Shown here: positions 34,544 through 44,400 of the stretch, piece after piece
Layout: every line of letters begins with the position of its first letter
Position numbering within the stretch: position 1 is the first letter of the stretch
Source: Prorocentrum cordatum
Lineage: Eukaryota
Assembly: GCA_963575745.1 (NCBI GenBank)
Contig: CAUYUJ010000290.1
Span: 1-64,000 of the forward strand
DNA: 64,000 nucleotides
Reading direction: 5' to 3'
Program-made: the position numbers and the translations under genes
Notes under the pieces: model-generated
Databases searched by the model: none
What the model saw: the letters and a program-made list of their open reading frames with translations, nothing else
What the model was told of the DNA's origin: nothing

Positions 34544-37500
34544 GTCGTGCTGTCGAGTGCGCCTCCTGTCCAGTGGCGCATCCCATGCGCGTCGACCAGT
34601 ACGCGGCCATTGACCACACACAGATCGTGGACTTGGCTGAGCACGGAAGGGCCACGGCCTGCCGGGCAGTCGGCGTGGGGCTCCGGAAGGTATTCGGGGT
34701 CGTCAAGTGGCTGCTTTGCTCACCCTGGTCGGTTCTCGGATGGCTGTGCCGGGGCCGGCCGGAGCCCCGCTACATCGCCGACGCCACGGGCTATCGCCGC
34801 CTGGACATCGACTCGGAGAGCGAGGTGGAGGCGGAGGAGCGCCCCTGCCAAGCCGCACAAGTTGGGGCGCAGCTCGCGGGTGGCGCACGCCCCCTCCAGC
34901 CGGAGGGGTGCGGCGACCGAGGGATGCAGGAGGCTACTGTCTTGCTGCAGGAGGACGCGGAGGTGTCGGACGTTCCCCGGCCGGGGCATTGTCTCAATGC
35001 ACAGGTGCACCTCTGCGCCCATCATGCGCAGAAGTATCGGTCTACCCTGATCGGCCGCAAGTGCAGCCTCCCCACTTGTCTCCGCATGGCGAAGGGTAGC
35101 TGCGGGGGGGCCCCGATGTGCGGGGAACATCTCCGACGGGACGAGGGTCGCACCGCGCGCGTCGAGGCGACGGTCCAACCTGGGATCCTCGGGGGCCTGC
35201 GCCGCCGCATGCGGGCGCGGGCTCCAAGCCCCGCCAGGGCGCGCGATTGGACCGCGCACGCTGCCGATGGGGTTGGCATAGCGCCCGGGCCGGTCTACCC
35301 CCCGCCTCTACCTCCCCCCGCTGCACCGCCACCGCCCGCCGTGGCCCCATCTATCGATGTGGAGCCCACGGGGGCGCAGGCCCTAACCTCTGGGCCGCAG
35401 CCGCGTCGCACACGCTCCGCGGAAGCAAGGGCCAGCGGACGCTCACGGTCTGCCGACCGCGGGGCCCCGGGCGATCGGATCGCCCACCACGGGTGGCTTC
35501 AGGAGCCCCTACTCGTGAAGGTCTGCCCGATACTCCCGGGCGACCCTCGGGGAGCCGAGGAGGCGTACGGCGCGCCCCCGGCGAGTCCTTGGTTTATTCT
35601 ATTGGGGGAATGCGAGGGGCTCGACGTACGGGGCACTGGCGGGGACGCCAGACTTATCATCGGGACTAGCCTCGAGGGCGTCAGGGTGGAGGTCCCAGCC
35701 AGCGAGGTCGTACGGCACCCCCCTCCGCTGGAGGACGGGCGCTACCCGATAGATTGGATCAATCGGCTGCTGTACGAGGTCCCCCAAGGGGCTCGGGAAG
35801 TGGGGTTGCGTGTCATCGCCCACCACATCCCGCAGGATCTGCTGGCGATGTTACGCCAGGAGCAGTGGGGCGGTGTGGACGTGGAAAGCGCGAGCGGCTG
35901 GAGGCGGCGCTACCTGACGAACACGGAGCGCCAGCAGCTGCAGCACGACCCGGTGCGCACGCTCGGCCACCATCGGCGGGGCGGCGCGCAGGGGGCGCCG
36001 CCTGCGCCCGGGATGGAGGGCCTGCCCCGTCCCGCCCCCGTGGCGGCACCATCGCGCTTAGCGGCGGCCGCCGCCGGCGTGAGCGAGGATGCTGAGGAAC
36101 CCGACCCACTCGAAATGTTCATGGATTCCTTGCGAGCCGAGGATCTCAAAGGACGGGGGGGCCAAGCGGCGGCCCTCAGTGCATTAGGTATGGCCGCGGA
36201 CCTGCTCGGGGTTCCACTTGATCAGGCGGAGCGGCAGCTGCGGCGGAGGGTCGCACAGGTGGCAGCGGCGGGCCCACTGGGGTCCGACCTAGAGCGCGCC
36301 CTCGCGGATTTGGAGGATGCGCAGCTGGAAGCGCGCGCGCGGGAGCGTGCTGCGGCCGCCGACAAGGTTCCCCTGCAGGGGAGCCTCTCACGTGAGGGGT
36401 CGCGGAGTCGCTCGGCGCGGGGACGGGATCCCAGCCCGAAGCAGGGACCCCGACGCGAGCTCTTCGGTGCCATGCCCCCCATCCAACCCACGGGCCCACG
36501 ACGGGGCTTGCTGGGTGATCGGGACCTGCTGGCACGCGATGGACGCGGGGGGGCCGCTCGTGGGGCCAATCCGCTCCTCGACGGGGCCTCGGTCCTTGGC
36601 CACCTCACTGGCCAGACGCCCCACGGGGGCGGCCTGGGTGGGGAGCGAGCTGGGGGCCCAGACGACGCCGGGGCGGCGGGCGCCCTGGGCGGGCTTACAG
36701 TCGAGGCCGAAGCCCAGATCATCGAGCGCCTGGATCGCCAGAACCGCCTCGCTGAACGCCACGTCCTCGCCGCCGAGCGGCAGGCGCGGGCCACCGAGGG
36801 CGACAAGAAGGCCCGGGGCACCAGGGCAGGGATCGGTCGGGACGAGGAACTTGATCTTTACATAGCCCGGGGATGCAACACCTTCGTGGTTGAGGCCTGC
36901 GAGGGGATCACGGGGAAGGACTTGTTCGACTCACTCAAGCGCATGTGTGCGCACTCCAAGAGCACGCTCAAGACGATCGGGTTTCCCTGCCTGGTTACCA
37001 ACCGTGTGGCACACGGCTACGCGGCGCTCGCCTTCGGGACGGGCCCTCACGACCTGGCGGTGGACGACTGCGTCCCCGCGCGTGACGAGGACTTCGATGG
37101 CTATCGGCTCCCTGTGGACGACAAGCTGGAGCCCCGCCAACGGCCCGCCACCCACATGGCGACCTGGTTCAAGAGGGCCCGGTGCGAGATCCAGATGTTC
37201 GAGTCCATCATAGGGGTCGCACACGGGGCGGAGCGTCGGCGGTCGTTAGGGTTCTTGGAGGCGGCCTTCGAGAGGGACCCATCGGAGTTCCCAGACCATT
37301 GGGTCAAGGATCTGTGGGAAGAGCTCCGAAGCACCTGGGTCGAGGAGTTACGGGAGCTGAGGCGCGGCTCTGCCGAGAGCTCGACACCGAGAACCCGAGG
37401 AGGGAGGACATCAAGTACATCCTACTCATGCCGGAGAACGGCTACGATTTGCCCCGAACGTTCGACCTCGGGGACCCGAACGCCTACTACCAGCAGGTGG

Positions 37501-37551
37501 TCGTGCCCCGGCGCAAGGCCGCACTCACGCGCCTCCTCAATGGGCAGCTGA
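34486..37551 (+). CDS. YR element polyprotein part 2: Cys-rich and gag-like region (frameshift at about 37365)
   Basis: 1021-aa ORF with HLCAHH...CSLPTC...CGEH. Ends WEELRSTWVEELRELRR, then continues as LCRELD in the next frame. Confidence 0.7.
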   Translation: MHQSQVAAEPRGDRECAPIGRAVECASCPVAHPMRVDQYAAIDHTQIVDLAEHGRATACRAVGVGLRKVFGVVKWLLCSPWSVLGWLCRGRPEPRYIADATGYRRLDIDSESEVEAEERPCQAAQVGAQLAGGARPLQPEGCGDRGMQEATVLLQEDAEVSDVPRPGHCLNAQVHLCAHHAQKYRSTLIGRKCSLPTCLRMAKGSCGGAPMCGEHLRRDEGRTARVEATVQPGILGGLRRRMRARAPSPARARDWTAHAADGVGIAPGPVYPPPLPPPAAPPPPAVAPSIDVEPTGAQALTSGPQPRRTRSAEARASGRSRSADRGAPGDRIAHHGWLQEPLLVKVCPILPGDPRGAEEAYGAPPASPWFILLGECEGLDVRGTGGDARLIIGTSLEGVRVEVPASEVVRHPPPLEDGRYPIDWINRLLYEVPQGAREVGLRVIAHHIPQDLLAMLRQEQWGGVDVESASGWRRRYLTNTERQQLQHDPVRTLGHHRRGGAQGAPPAPGMEGLPRPAPVAAPSRLAAAAAGVSEDAEEPDPLEMFMDSLRAEDLKGRGGQAAALSALGMAADLLGVPLDQAERQLRRRVAQVAAAGPLGSDLERALADLEDAQLEARARERAAAADKVPLQGSLSREGSRSRSARGRDPSPKQGPRRELFGAMPPIQPTGPRRGLLGDRDLLARDGRGGAARGANPLLDGASVLGHLTGQTPHGGGLGGERAGGPDDAGAAGALGGLTVEAEAQIIERLDRQNRLAERHVLAAERQARATEGDKKARGTRAGIGRDEELDLYIARGCNTFVVEACEGITGKDLFDSLKRMCAHSKSTLKTIGFPCLVTNRVAHGYAALAFGTGPHDLAVDDCVPARDEDFDGYRLPVDDKLEPRQRPATHMATWFKRARCEIQMFESIIGVAHGAERRRSLGFLEAAFERDPSEFPDHWVKDLWEELRSTWVEELRELRRGSAESSTPRTRGGRTSSTSYSCRRTATICPERSTSGTRTPTTSRWSCPGARPHSRASSMGS

Positions 37552-40500
37552 ACGCCCACCTCACGAAGCGACCGCCCAAAGCGGGAGGGAGCGAGGAAAT
37601 GGGCGATCCCCGGCCCACGGCGCAGGGGGATGACAGGCCCAAGGCGGGGGCTGGGCCCCAGCCGAAGGCGGGGCCCAAGGCGGGCACCGGGGCCCCAGCG
37701 GGGACAGCCCCCAAGAGGGCGTACCCAGCGGGCAAGGAACTAACACGCCCGGAGCGGACGCGATCCGTGGCGCATGCGCCCCGCAATAAAGACAACGTCC
37801 CTATCTGCTGGGGGGCCACCACGCACATGGGCTGCTCGCGGAAGGCTTGCGATTGCCCTAACTCCCATGACCCCATCAAGTCAACGCGCGGATTGGACTA
37901 CTCGGTAGTCATGCAGCTCACGAGGCGCGGGGGGCTCCTTGGGACGCCCCGGATCGATCCCAAGCAGGTGGATGGGATGATTGCGCAGCTGCGCTCGCAA
38001 GCCAAGGCAGCCGAGGCCGAGAAGGTTGGCGAGGACACTTCCCCACCTGCTCCCCCTGACTCCCAGAAGGAAAAGGGCCGGGGCCGTGGCAGCGGCTCGC
38101 GAGCAGCGGGCGACCCGGGCCCGGGGCAGGCCCCGGACGACTACACCGCGCTCCAGCTTACCGCGATGGAATCTGACCTCCGGGAAGCGGTTAAGGGCCC
38201 CGACTTCGGATGGCTCGAAGACCACGACCGCCCGCGCGCGGCGGCCACTTGGGACGCCCAGCCCGCGGGTGATGGGCCGGAGCTTCGCCTCAAGTTCATG
38301 CAGGAGCTCGAAGCCGAGGGCGTCTTCGCACCTCTGAAGGGGGCCAGCGAGTACTTGCAGAGCCACGTGCGCGGGCGCGTCTTGGGGGCGCGCCTGCGCG
38401 GGGAGCGGCTTACTCTGGAGCGAGCCCTCGAGGAAGCCGTGGACCGAGGCCATCGGGGTCTCAGCAGCGAGGCAGCCGACCTGCATGAGGCGCTTAGCTG
38501 CGCCGCAGGATACGTCACCGAGGGCGGGGCCGAGGTTGGCCCGGTTGCGTGGGACCCCGGCGGGCTGATAGGCCGCGGGTCCTATACCTTCTGGGACGGG
38601 GACACCCGCATCCAGTGGGACTTCATCGACTATCGGGACCGCCTCGGCCCTACAGAGGAGATGGGCCAGGCGATGGGCCTGGAGGTGGGCGACACCGAGG
38701 AGCGGCAGTGCCTGCTACTGCACGTAGCTGCGGGGGTGCTCCTGCTACGCGCGGGCGAGGGCACAGGTGAGCCCAGCCCGGACGCGGTGCAGCAGTTGGC
38801 CGCGACGTATCGCCATGCACTATGGGAGGAGGCCCATGAGGCCCTGCGTGCCCTGGGCGACTCCCCGCCGTGGATCACGGCCCTGGAGGCCGATGTCCGC
38901 TCCTACGTCCACGATGCGGTGCACCCGCACCACGACAAGGACTATCGCTGCCTGGCAGCATGCCCCGTCGCCGACCTCGACGCCGTCACGCTCCAGGTGC
39001 ACCGTGTCAACGGCAGTGGGCGCCTATGCGTGGACCACCTAATGGGAACGGGTGTCGGCGCGGAGGATCACGTAATTCCGCTCCTGATCTGGCGTGGCCA
39101 TATGCGCGCCTTGCGCCCGCGCTCCCACGCGGAGGCGGCGGCCCTAGGCCAGCGCTGGGGGCACGCAGGACGCCTGTCCCGCGAGATCGCAAGTGTCGGC
39201 TGGCGCGAGATGCTCGATGAAGGCCCGGACGTTGAACCCACCGTCCCGGGCAAGAGCGCGCCCTGCACCCACTGCAAGGCAGCGGAAGGTCGGGCGGGCC
39301 GCGCAGTGGGACGCGCGCCAGCCTCGTTCGGGGAACATCCAGCCGACGTCCAGGCACGCCTCCTGGAGGCGAACGCGATGCCAATTCGACACGACCCCGC
39401 GTTCGCGTACGGTTTGATCGCCCAGGAGGTGTACGCCGGTTCGGGAAATTGGTCGGCCGCGCTTCGCGCCGAGGGCATCCGGGTGCTGGAGCCGATCGAA
39501 TATTACGACGACCCCCTCCGAGAATCCGGCCCACGGCCGGATCATGACACCCTCGACCCAGCGGTCCGCGCGCGCCTACAGGAGGCCGCACGGACCCCCA
39601 TGGGCCCCGACGTGGCCAACGTTTGGTGCTGGGGTACCCCGTGTGGCTCGTACACCGACCTCGGGCTCATGACCCAGCCGGGCGGGACCCCGCAGGGCAC
39701 CCGCACGTGGGAGCACCCCGAGGGGGATGGCTCCAAAGAGTTCGAGCGCGTGGGTAACAGCCACACACAGTTCACGTGCGACACCTGCCGCATCCTACAC
39801 GACGCTGGCAAGGAGTTTCTCATCGAGTCCTCCTGCCCCTCGGGCCGCTACCCCAAGATTTGGGACCAGGCCCCGATGCACGAGCTGCGTCGAGCGACGG
39901 GGGCCATGATCGTCCCGATCCACATGTGCGCCTGGGGTAAGGCCCCGTCCGACGCGCCAGAGAGCCGCTATCGCAAGGGCAGCTGGTGGCTCGTCAGCCC
40001 CCGGCTGTATCTGCACGCTCTGTTGTTGGCGCGACGTTGCCCCCGTGACCACCACCACGTCGAGCTGAAGGATCACGTGCCGGGCTCGGGCATTAAGCGC
40101 ACCAAGGAGGCGCAGGTTTGGGCCCCCCGCCTTTGCGCCGCGTGGGCAAAGGTGTTGAAAGGGGCCTATCACCGCTGGTCGGTGAGCCAACTGCGTCGGC
40201 AGTTGGCGCCTATATGGGAGGATGGCCCGGGGGCGTCCCCCAAAATCGCCCGGGCGGAGGCGCCCGGGCGCCTGCAGGGCGTCGACTTCACTGGAATCGA
40301 GCGCCTGCAGGCCTCAGGGGACGGCTCAAAATGCGGTAGGCTTAGCCCAGCCATGCACCGAGCATTGGCGGGGCTTCCTAAGCCCCCATTGGGCAAGGCA
40401 CAGGGGGAGGTGAGTGCGGGCAAGACTCGACCCCCTTGCGAGGATCCGGCCAGAGATATCGCGGAGGACCTCGACGGGTGCAGCCCGGCGGAGCTGGCCA

Positions 40501-41474
40501 CGGTCTACCTGACCTTCTGCGCGGAGCACCCTGAGTATGACCCCGAAGCCATGCGGACCCTGGTAGGGCTGGGGGATCAGCTCCTCCAGCGGACGGGGTC
40601 CCTGAAGGAAGCGGCCGCGCTGCTTAGGCGCGCGCGCCACGAGCGCCTAGGCAACCCCCTTCGGGGTGTCCTGGGGGACAAGGTGCGACGGTGTTTAAGC
40701 CGAGAGCACTTCGAGTACGTCCGGGAGCTAGCGGAAGGGGGAGCCTCCGCGCGGCGGGGCGCGCCGCGGAGGCGCGAGCGAGCCCAGCCGTGCCCCAGCG
40801 TGCGAGCCCACATCGACGAGGCCTACCAGAAGGTATGGGCGGATGTGACCTGGGGGATCGTCCTGGTGGCGTCCCAGGCGGCAGAGGGTTTTCTAACGGA
40901 GCTGGTTGAAGCCCCCCTGGGGAGGGTACCGAAGCAGCTACCGGACAGAACCTTATCGTCCGAAGGGCGTATGATCCATGCGATGCTCTCGGCCAACGCC
41001 GCCACACACAAGCGCGACCACCCGCCTGCCGTCCAGCCACGCCATCGGCAAGTGGCGAGGACGGCGGTATGGCATCGCGCGCGCCACCCCGGAGCGCGCC
41101 TCCTCTGCGCCAAGCGGGACGTCTCGCGGGCCTTCAAGTGGTTGGACATCGCCCCGGCGGACGTCGGGGACTTTGGCACCTCGTTACCGGGGGCCCACGC
41201 TGGCATCGAGGGGGACGTCAGAGTCGTTTACCTAGCCATGGTGTTCGGGTGGACGGGAGCCCCAGGCAATTACATGATGCTCGCCCTGGCGGCGAGGGAG
41301 CTCCACGAGAGCTATCGGCCTGGGGAGCCGCACTGGCACGACACCACCCACTTCCACTCGGAGTGGCTCATGGATGACCCTGTGGTGGTGGAGCCCGACA
41401 TTGGGGTCCGCCGTGGATGGCCTGCGACGCATTGGATGCCTCCATACGTGAGGTGTTTGGGTCCGAAGCAGTGA
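37182..41474 (+). CDS. YR element polyprotein part 3: CCCH finger, OTU-like protease, C5 cytosine methyltransferase, reverse transcriptase (frameshift at about 41412)
   Basis: ICWGATTHMGCSRKACDCPNSH; QCLLLHVAA...LLIWRGHM; QEVYAGSG, WGTPCGSY, FLIESS, HMCAWG..YRKG; KRDVSRAF, MVFGWTGAPG, WLMDD. Confidence 0.85.
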   Translation: MRDPDVRVHHRGRTRGGASAVVRVLGGGLREGPIGVPRPLGQGSVGRAPKHLGRGVTGAEARLCRELDTENPRREDIKYILLMPENGYDLPRTFDLGDPNAYYQQVVVPRRKAALTRLLNGQLNAHLTKRPPKAGGSEEMGDPRPTAQGDDRPKAGAGPQPKAGPKAGTGAPAGTAPKRAYPAGKELTRPERTRSVAHAPRNKDNVPICWGATTHMGCSRKACDCPNSHDPIKSTRGLDYSVVMQLTRRGGLLGTPRIDPKQVDGMIAQLRSQAKAAEAEKVGEDTSPPAPPDSQKEKGRGRGSGSRAAGDPGPGQAPDDYTALQLTAMESDLREAVKGPDFGWLEDHDRPRAAATWDAQPAGDGPELRLKFMQELEAEGVFAPLKGASEYLQSHVRGRVLGARLRGERLTLERALEEAVDRGHRGLSSEAADLHEALSCAAGYVTEGGAEVGPVAWDPGGLIGRGSYTFWDGDTRIQWDFIDYRDRLGPTEEMGQAMGLEVGDTEERQCLLLHVAAGVLLLRAGEGTGEPSPDAVQQLAATYRHALWEEAHEALRALGDSPPWITALEADVRSYVHDAVHPHHDKDYRCLAACPVADLDAVTLQVHRVNGSGRLCVDHLMGTGVGAEDHVIPLLIWRGHMRALRPRSHAEAAALGQRWGHAGRLSREIASVGWREMLDEGPDVEPTVPGKSAPCTHCKAAEGRAGRAVGRAPASFGEHPADVQARLLEANAMPIRHDPAFAYGLIAQEVYAGSGNWSAALRAEGIRVLEPIEYYDDPLRESGPRPDHDTLDPAVRARLQEAARTPMGPDVANVWCWGTPCGSYTDLGLMTQPGGTPQGTRTWEHPEGDGSKEFERVGNSHTQFTCDTCRILHDAGKEFLIESSCPSGRYPKIWDQAPMHELRRATGAMIVPIHMCAWGKAPSDAPESRYRKGSWWLVSPRLYLHALLLARRCPRDHHHVELKDHVPGSGIKRTKEAQVWAPRLCAAWAKVLKGAYHRWSVSQLRRQLAPIWEDGPGASPKIARAEAPGRLQGVDFTGIERLQASGDGSKCGRLSPAMHRALAGLPKPPLGKAQGEVSAGKTRPPCEDPARDIAEDLDGCSPAELATVYLTFCAEHPEYDPEAMRTLVGLGDQLLQRTGSLKEAAALLRRARHERLGNPLRGVLGDKVRRCLSREHFEYVRELAEGGASARRGAPRRRERAQPCPSVRAHIDEAYQKVWADVTWGIVLVASQAAEGFLTELVEAPLGRVPKQLPDRTLSSEGRMIHAMLSANAATHKRDHPPAVQPRHRQVARTAVWHRARHPGARLLCAKRDVSRAFKWLDIAPADVGDFGTSLPGAHAGIEGDVRVVYLAMVFGWTGAPGNYMMLALAARELHESYRPGEPHWHDTTHFHSEWLMDDPVVVEPDIGVRRGWPATHWMPPYVRCLGPKQ

Positions 41475-44400
41475 ACGTCAGCAAGAGGGACGCCGAGGGG
41501 GAGCCTTCCACCACGCAGATTATCTGGGGGCTCAGTATGGACTTCGAGCGCGAGCGAGTTGGACTCCCGGAGCCCAAGGCCATGAAGATGCGCTTCCTAC
41601 TGGCGGAGCCGGAGCTGAGCTTCGGCTGCCGCATGGTCCGGCTGCGAACCGCGAGGGAGCTAAGTGGGCTCGGCCAGTTCTGCGCCTGCGCAGCTCCAGC
41701 CCTGAGCCTGGAGCTCCCAGCGGTCCACCGGATGCTGTCGGGTGACCCAGGTCAGGCCTACGTCCATCCGCCGGGCGACCCCGAGATGGTAGAGGCTGCG
41801 TGGGACGATTGGCACCAGACCCTGGATTGGCTTCGCGTCTGCTTTGAGATGCCGGTCGAGGGTAACTTCGAGACCTCCTTCGAGGGCTTGCTAGGCCTTC
41901 GCGAGGCCCTCGCACTCCCGGGGGCGCTCGGCAAGCTGCGCTGGCTGGGAGGCGATGCCACCCTGGATCGGATCGGTGCGCTGGACTGGTCCTCGCGCGA
42001 GTACATCGTGGCGGAGGCGGCTCCCTATCTGGAGACGCTCCGCTCCGCCCCTGGGGTCACTTGGCAGGGGGAGGGGGAGGTCATCGCGGTGGTCGAACTC
42101 CTCTGCCTGATAGCCTTGGCGGCCGAGAAGGGCCCGGACTGGTTCCAGCTGCTATTGCCGTACGTCACTGACAACAGCAATGTCAGCCGCTGGCTGCGAC
42201 GCCGCCGGGCACGGAACGCGGTGGCGCGCCACCTGCTTCGAGTCCTGGCCATGCTGGAGCTACGGTACAAGTTCCGGGTCCTGGACGGGCTTTACTTACG
42301 GACTTACCACAACGAGCTGGCCGACTTCATTACTCGTGCCACGGTGGAGGAGGTACGCCAGCGGATGGCGGAGGCCGGATGGACCGAGCTGTCGCCGGCA
42401 GCACCGTGGGGCGAGCTGGTGGAGGAGGCCGCCCAGCGCGAGCTGCGGATGCCAGGAGACGACGGGCCCTGGCGCGCGGCTGCACTCCAAGTCAAAGGAG
42501 CCCGGGAGGCCCTACCACGCTACGCCCCCCTGCAGGTCGAGGGGGCGCGGCTGCTGGAGGTGGGAACCGCGTGGCCCCCCTTTGGGGAGGCATGGGAGAG
42601 CCTCGGTGGGTCGGCGCTGCTAGCGCCGTGGGATGTCGGTGACCGATGGGACCCGGACGACGGGGACCACCCCAAGGACCCCACTGGGGCCCCACGGACC
42701 CGCTGGCTGTGCGTGTCACTATCGGAGGACCCCGGTGGACGCGAAGCGACGGGCCTGGAGCGGCTACTGATCACCACTCGGCCACTGGCCGTGCTGCTCG
42801 ACGCCCCCGTCAACTACGCTGCAGTGCGACTAGGGGCGCGCTTACGGCGCCTCGGCTATGTGGCACTCTCCCCAGAGACGCGCCTACTGTGCACACACTT
42901 CGGCGACGTCACGGCACGCGCGCGGGCGGTCCAGGTTTGGGGTTGCGGGGAACGGGTTCGGGCACCGAGCCCCGTACCCCCCCTGGGACAGCCCTGCGTG
43001 GAGCCACGCGGCCTCTGCCAGCTCTGGAAGGAGGCAGGGCGGCCACCGCTGGATGAGCTCCGCCTGGACCTCGACAACGGCACCTTGCTCGTGGACCCTC
43101 GGATCTCGACGACGGGGGATCGCATGATGCCCTGGCCGCGGGGCACATGGCAGCCCGCGGGAGGCGGGCGGGCCCAGCGCGTGGTGATTCATGATCCGCG
43201 CGGGCCCTGCCATACGGCACGGGCGAAGCCCGACCCGTTGAAGGGCTATGCGAACACCCTGATCCTGGAAGGGTCCGAGGGCGGCTGGACCGTGCGAGCC
43301 CTGCACCCGAAAGAAATCTGGTGCGCCCAGGGGGGCACGGCGGAGCTGTGGGATGCCTTGGGCCTTGGAGGTATGCCGATCGCCGAGCGCATGCGGCAGG
43401 CCGCTCGTGCACTCCCGCGTCGCACGGCCCGCTGGGTGCTCCAGTGGGCGGAGCGCCTGCTGAGGCAGGCCGTAGAGGCAGCGAGCGCAGGCGAGGCACC
43501 CGGGGCGCGCGCTGGCGTCGGGCCCGATCACGACCGACTCGCTAATGACGAGATGGTTAAGCTGTGGCTAAAGGCCTGGCTTCAGGCCCCCGATCGCCCA
43601 AGCGGGCCATTCGAGGCTGCGCTGGAGGCGGGGAAGACGACGGACGACGCCGCTCGGTTGGCGGACCAGCTCGACCCCCCTGCTACCGCGCGGTCCACCG
43701 CAGCAGGGGTGGACGGGGCAGGCGGGGAGCGGGTCGGGGCGGTGACCTTCGCTGTTCCGGAAGGCGCGGGCATGCCCAGGCCAAGCGCCATGGACGGCGT
43801 GGGCGGCGAGGCCCCCCCCCCGCGCAAGGCCCGTCGGCGTGCCCGCAGCGCCCCTGCTCCCGCGCTGGTGAAGCCCGCCGCCTGGCGGTACGCCGGCGGG
43901 GGCGCCCCGAAAGGGATTCAAGGTGAACTCACCGACCCCCGCGAGCTGGATGCGACCGCCACCGAGGCGATGTTGGCCAAGCTTGCCGAAGGGACGCGGG
44001 CCAATTACAGCGCCGGGTGGCGTAACTGGGTACTCTGGCGGAGGCTCCGAGGCCGGAGCCCATACCTGCAGGGGGAGACTCGGGACGCCCGCCTTACGGA
44101 TGAGGATGACCTCATCCGGTATGTCGTGTACCTGTACAAGGTGATGAAGAGGCGAGCCACGACCATCCGCCAGCGCCTGTTCGCCATTCGATATGCCCAC
44201 ACCCTGGCCGGGTTTGGGGATGTGACCTCCGATCGGCGCCGGCTCTGGACCACGATCGAGGGACTCCGCCGCTGGGACGGAAAGGCGAAACGGAAGCTGC
44301 CGGCCACGCCCCGGATGTTGCGCTGGCTCCGAGAGTACTTGTTCGCCCACGGGACGGCCACGCGCCGGGAGGCGACCATCCTATGGGCGGCGCTTATGAC

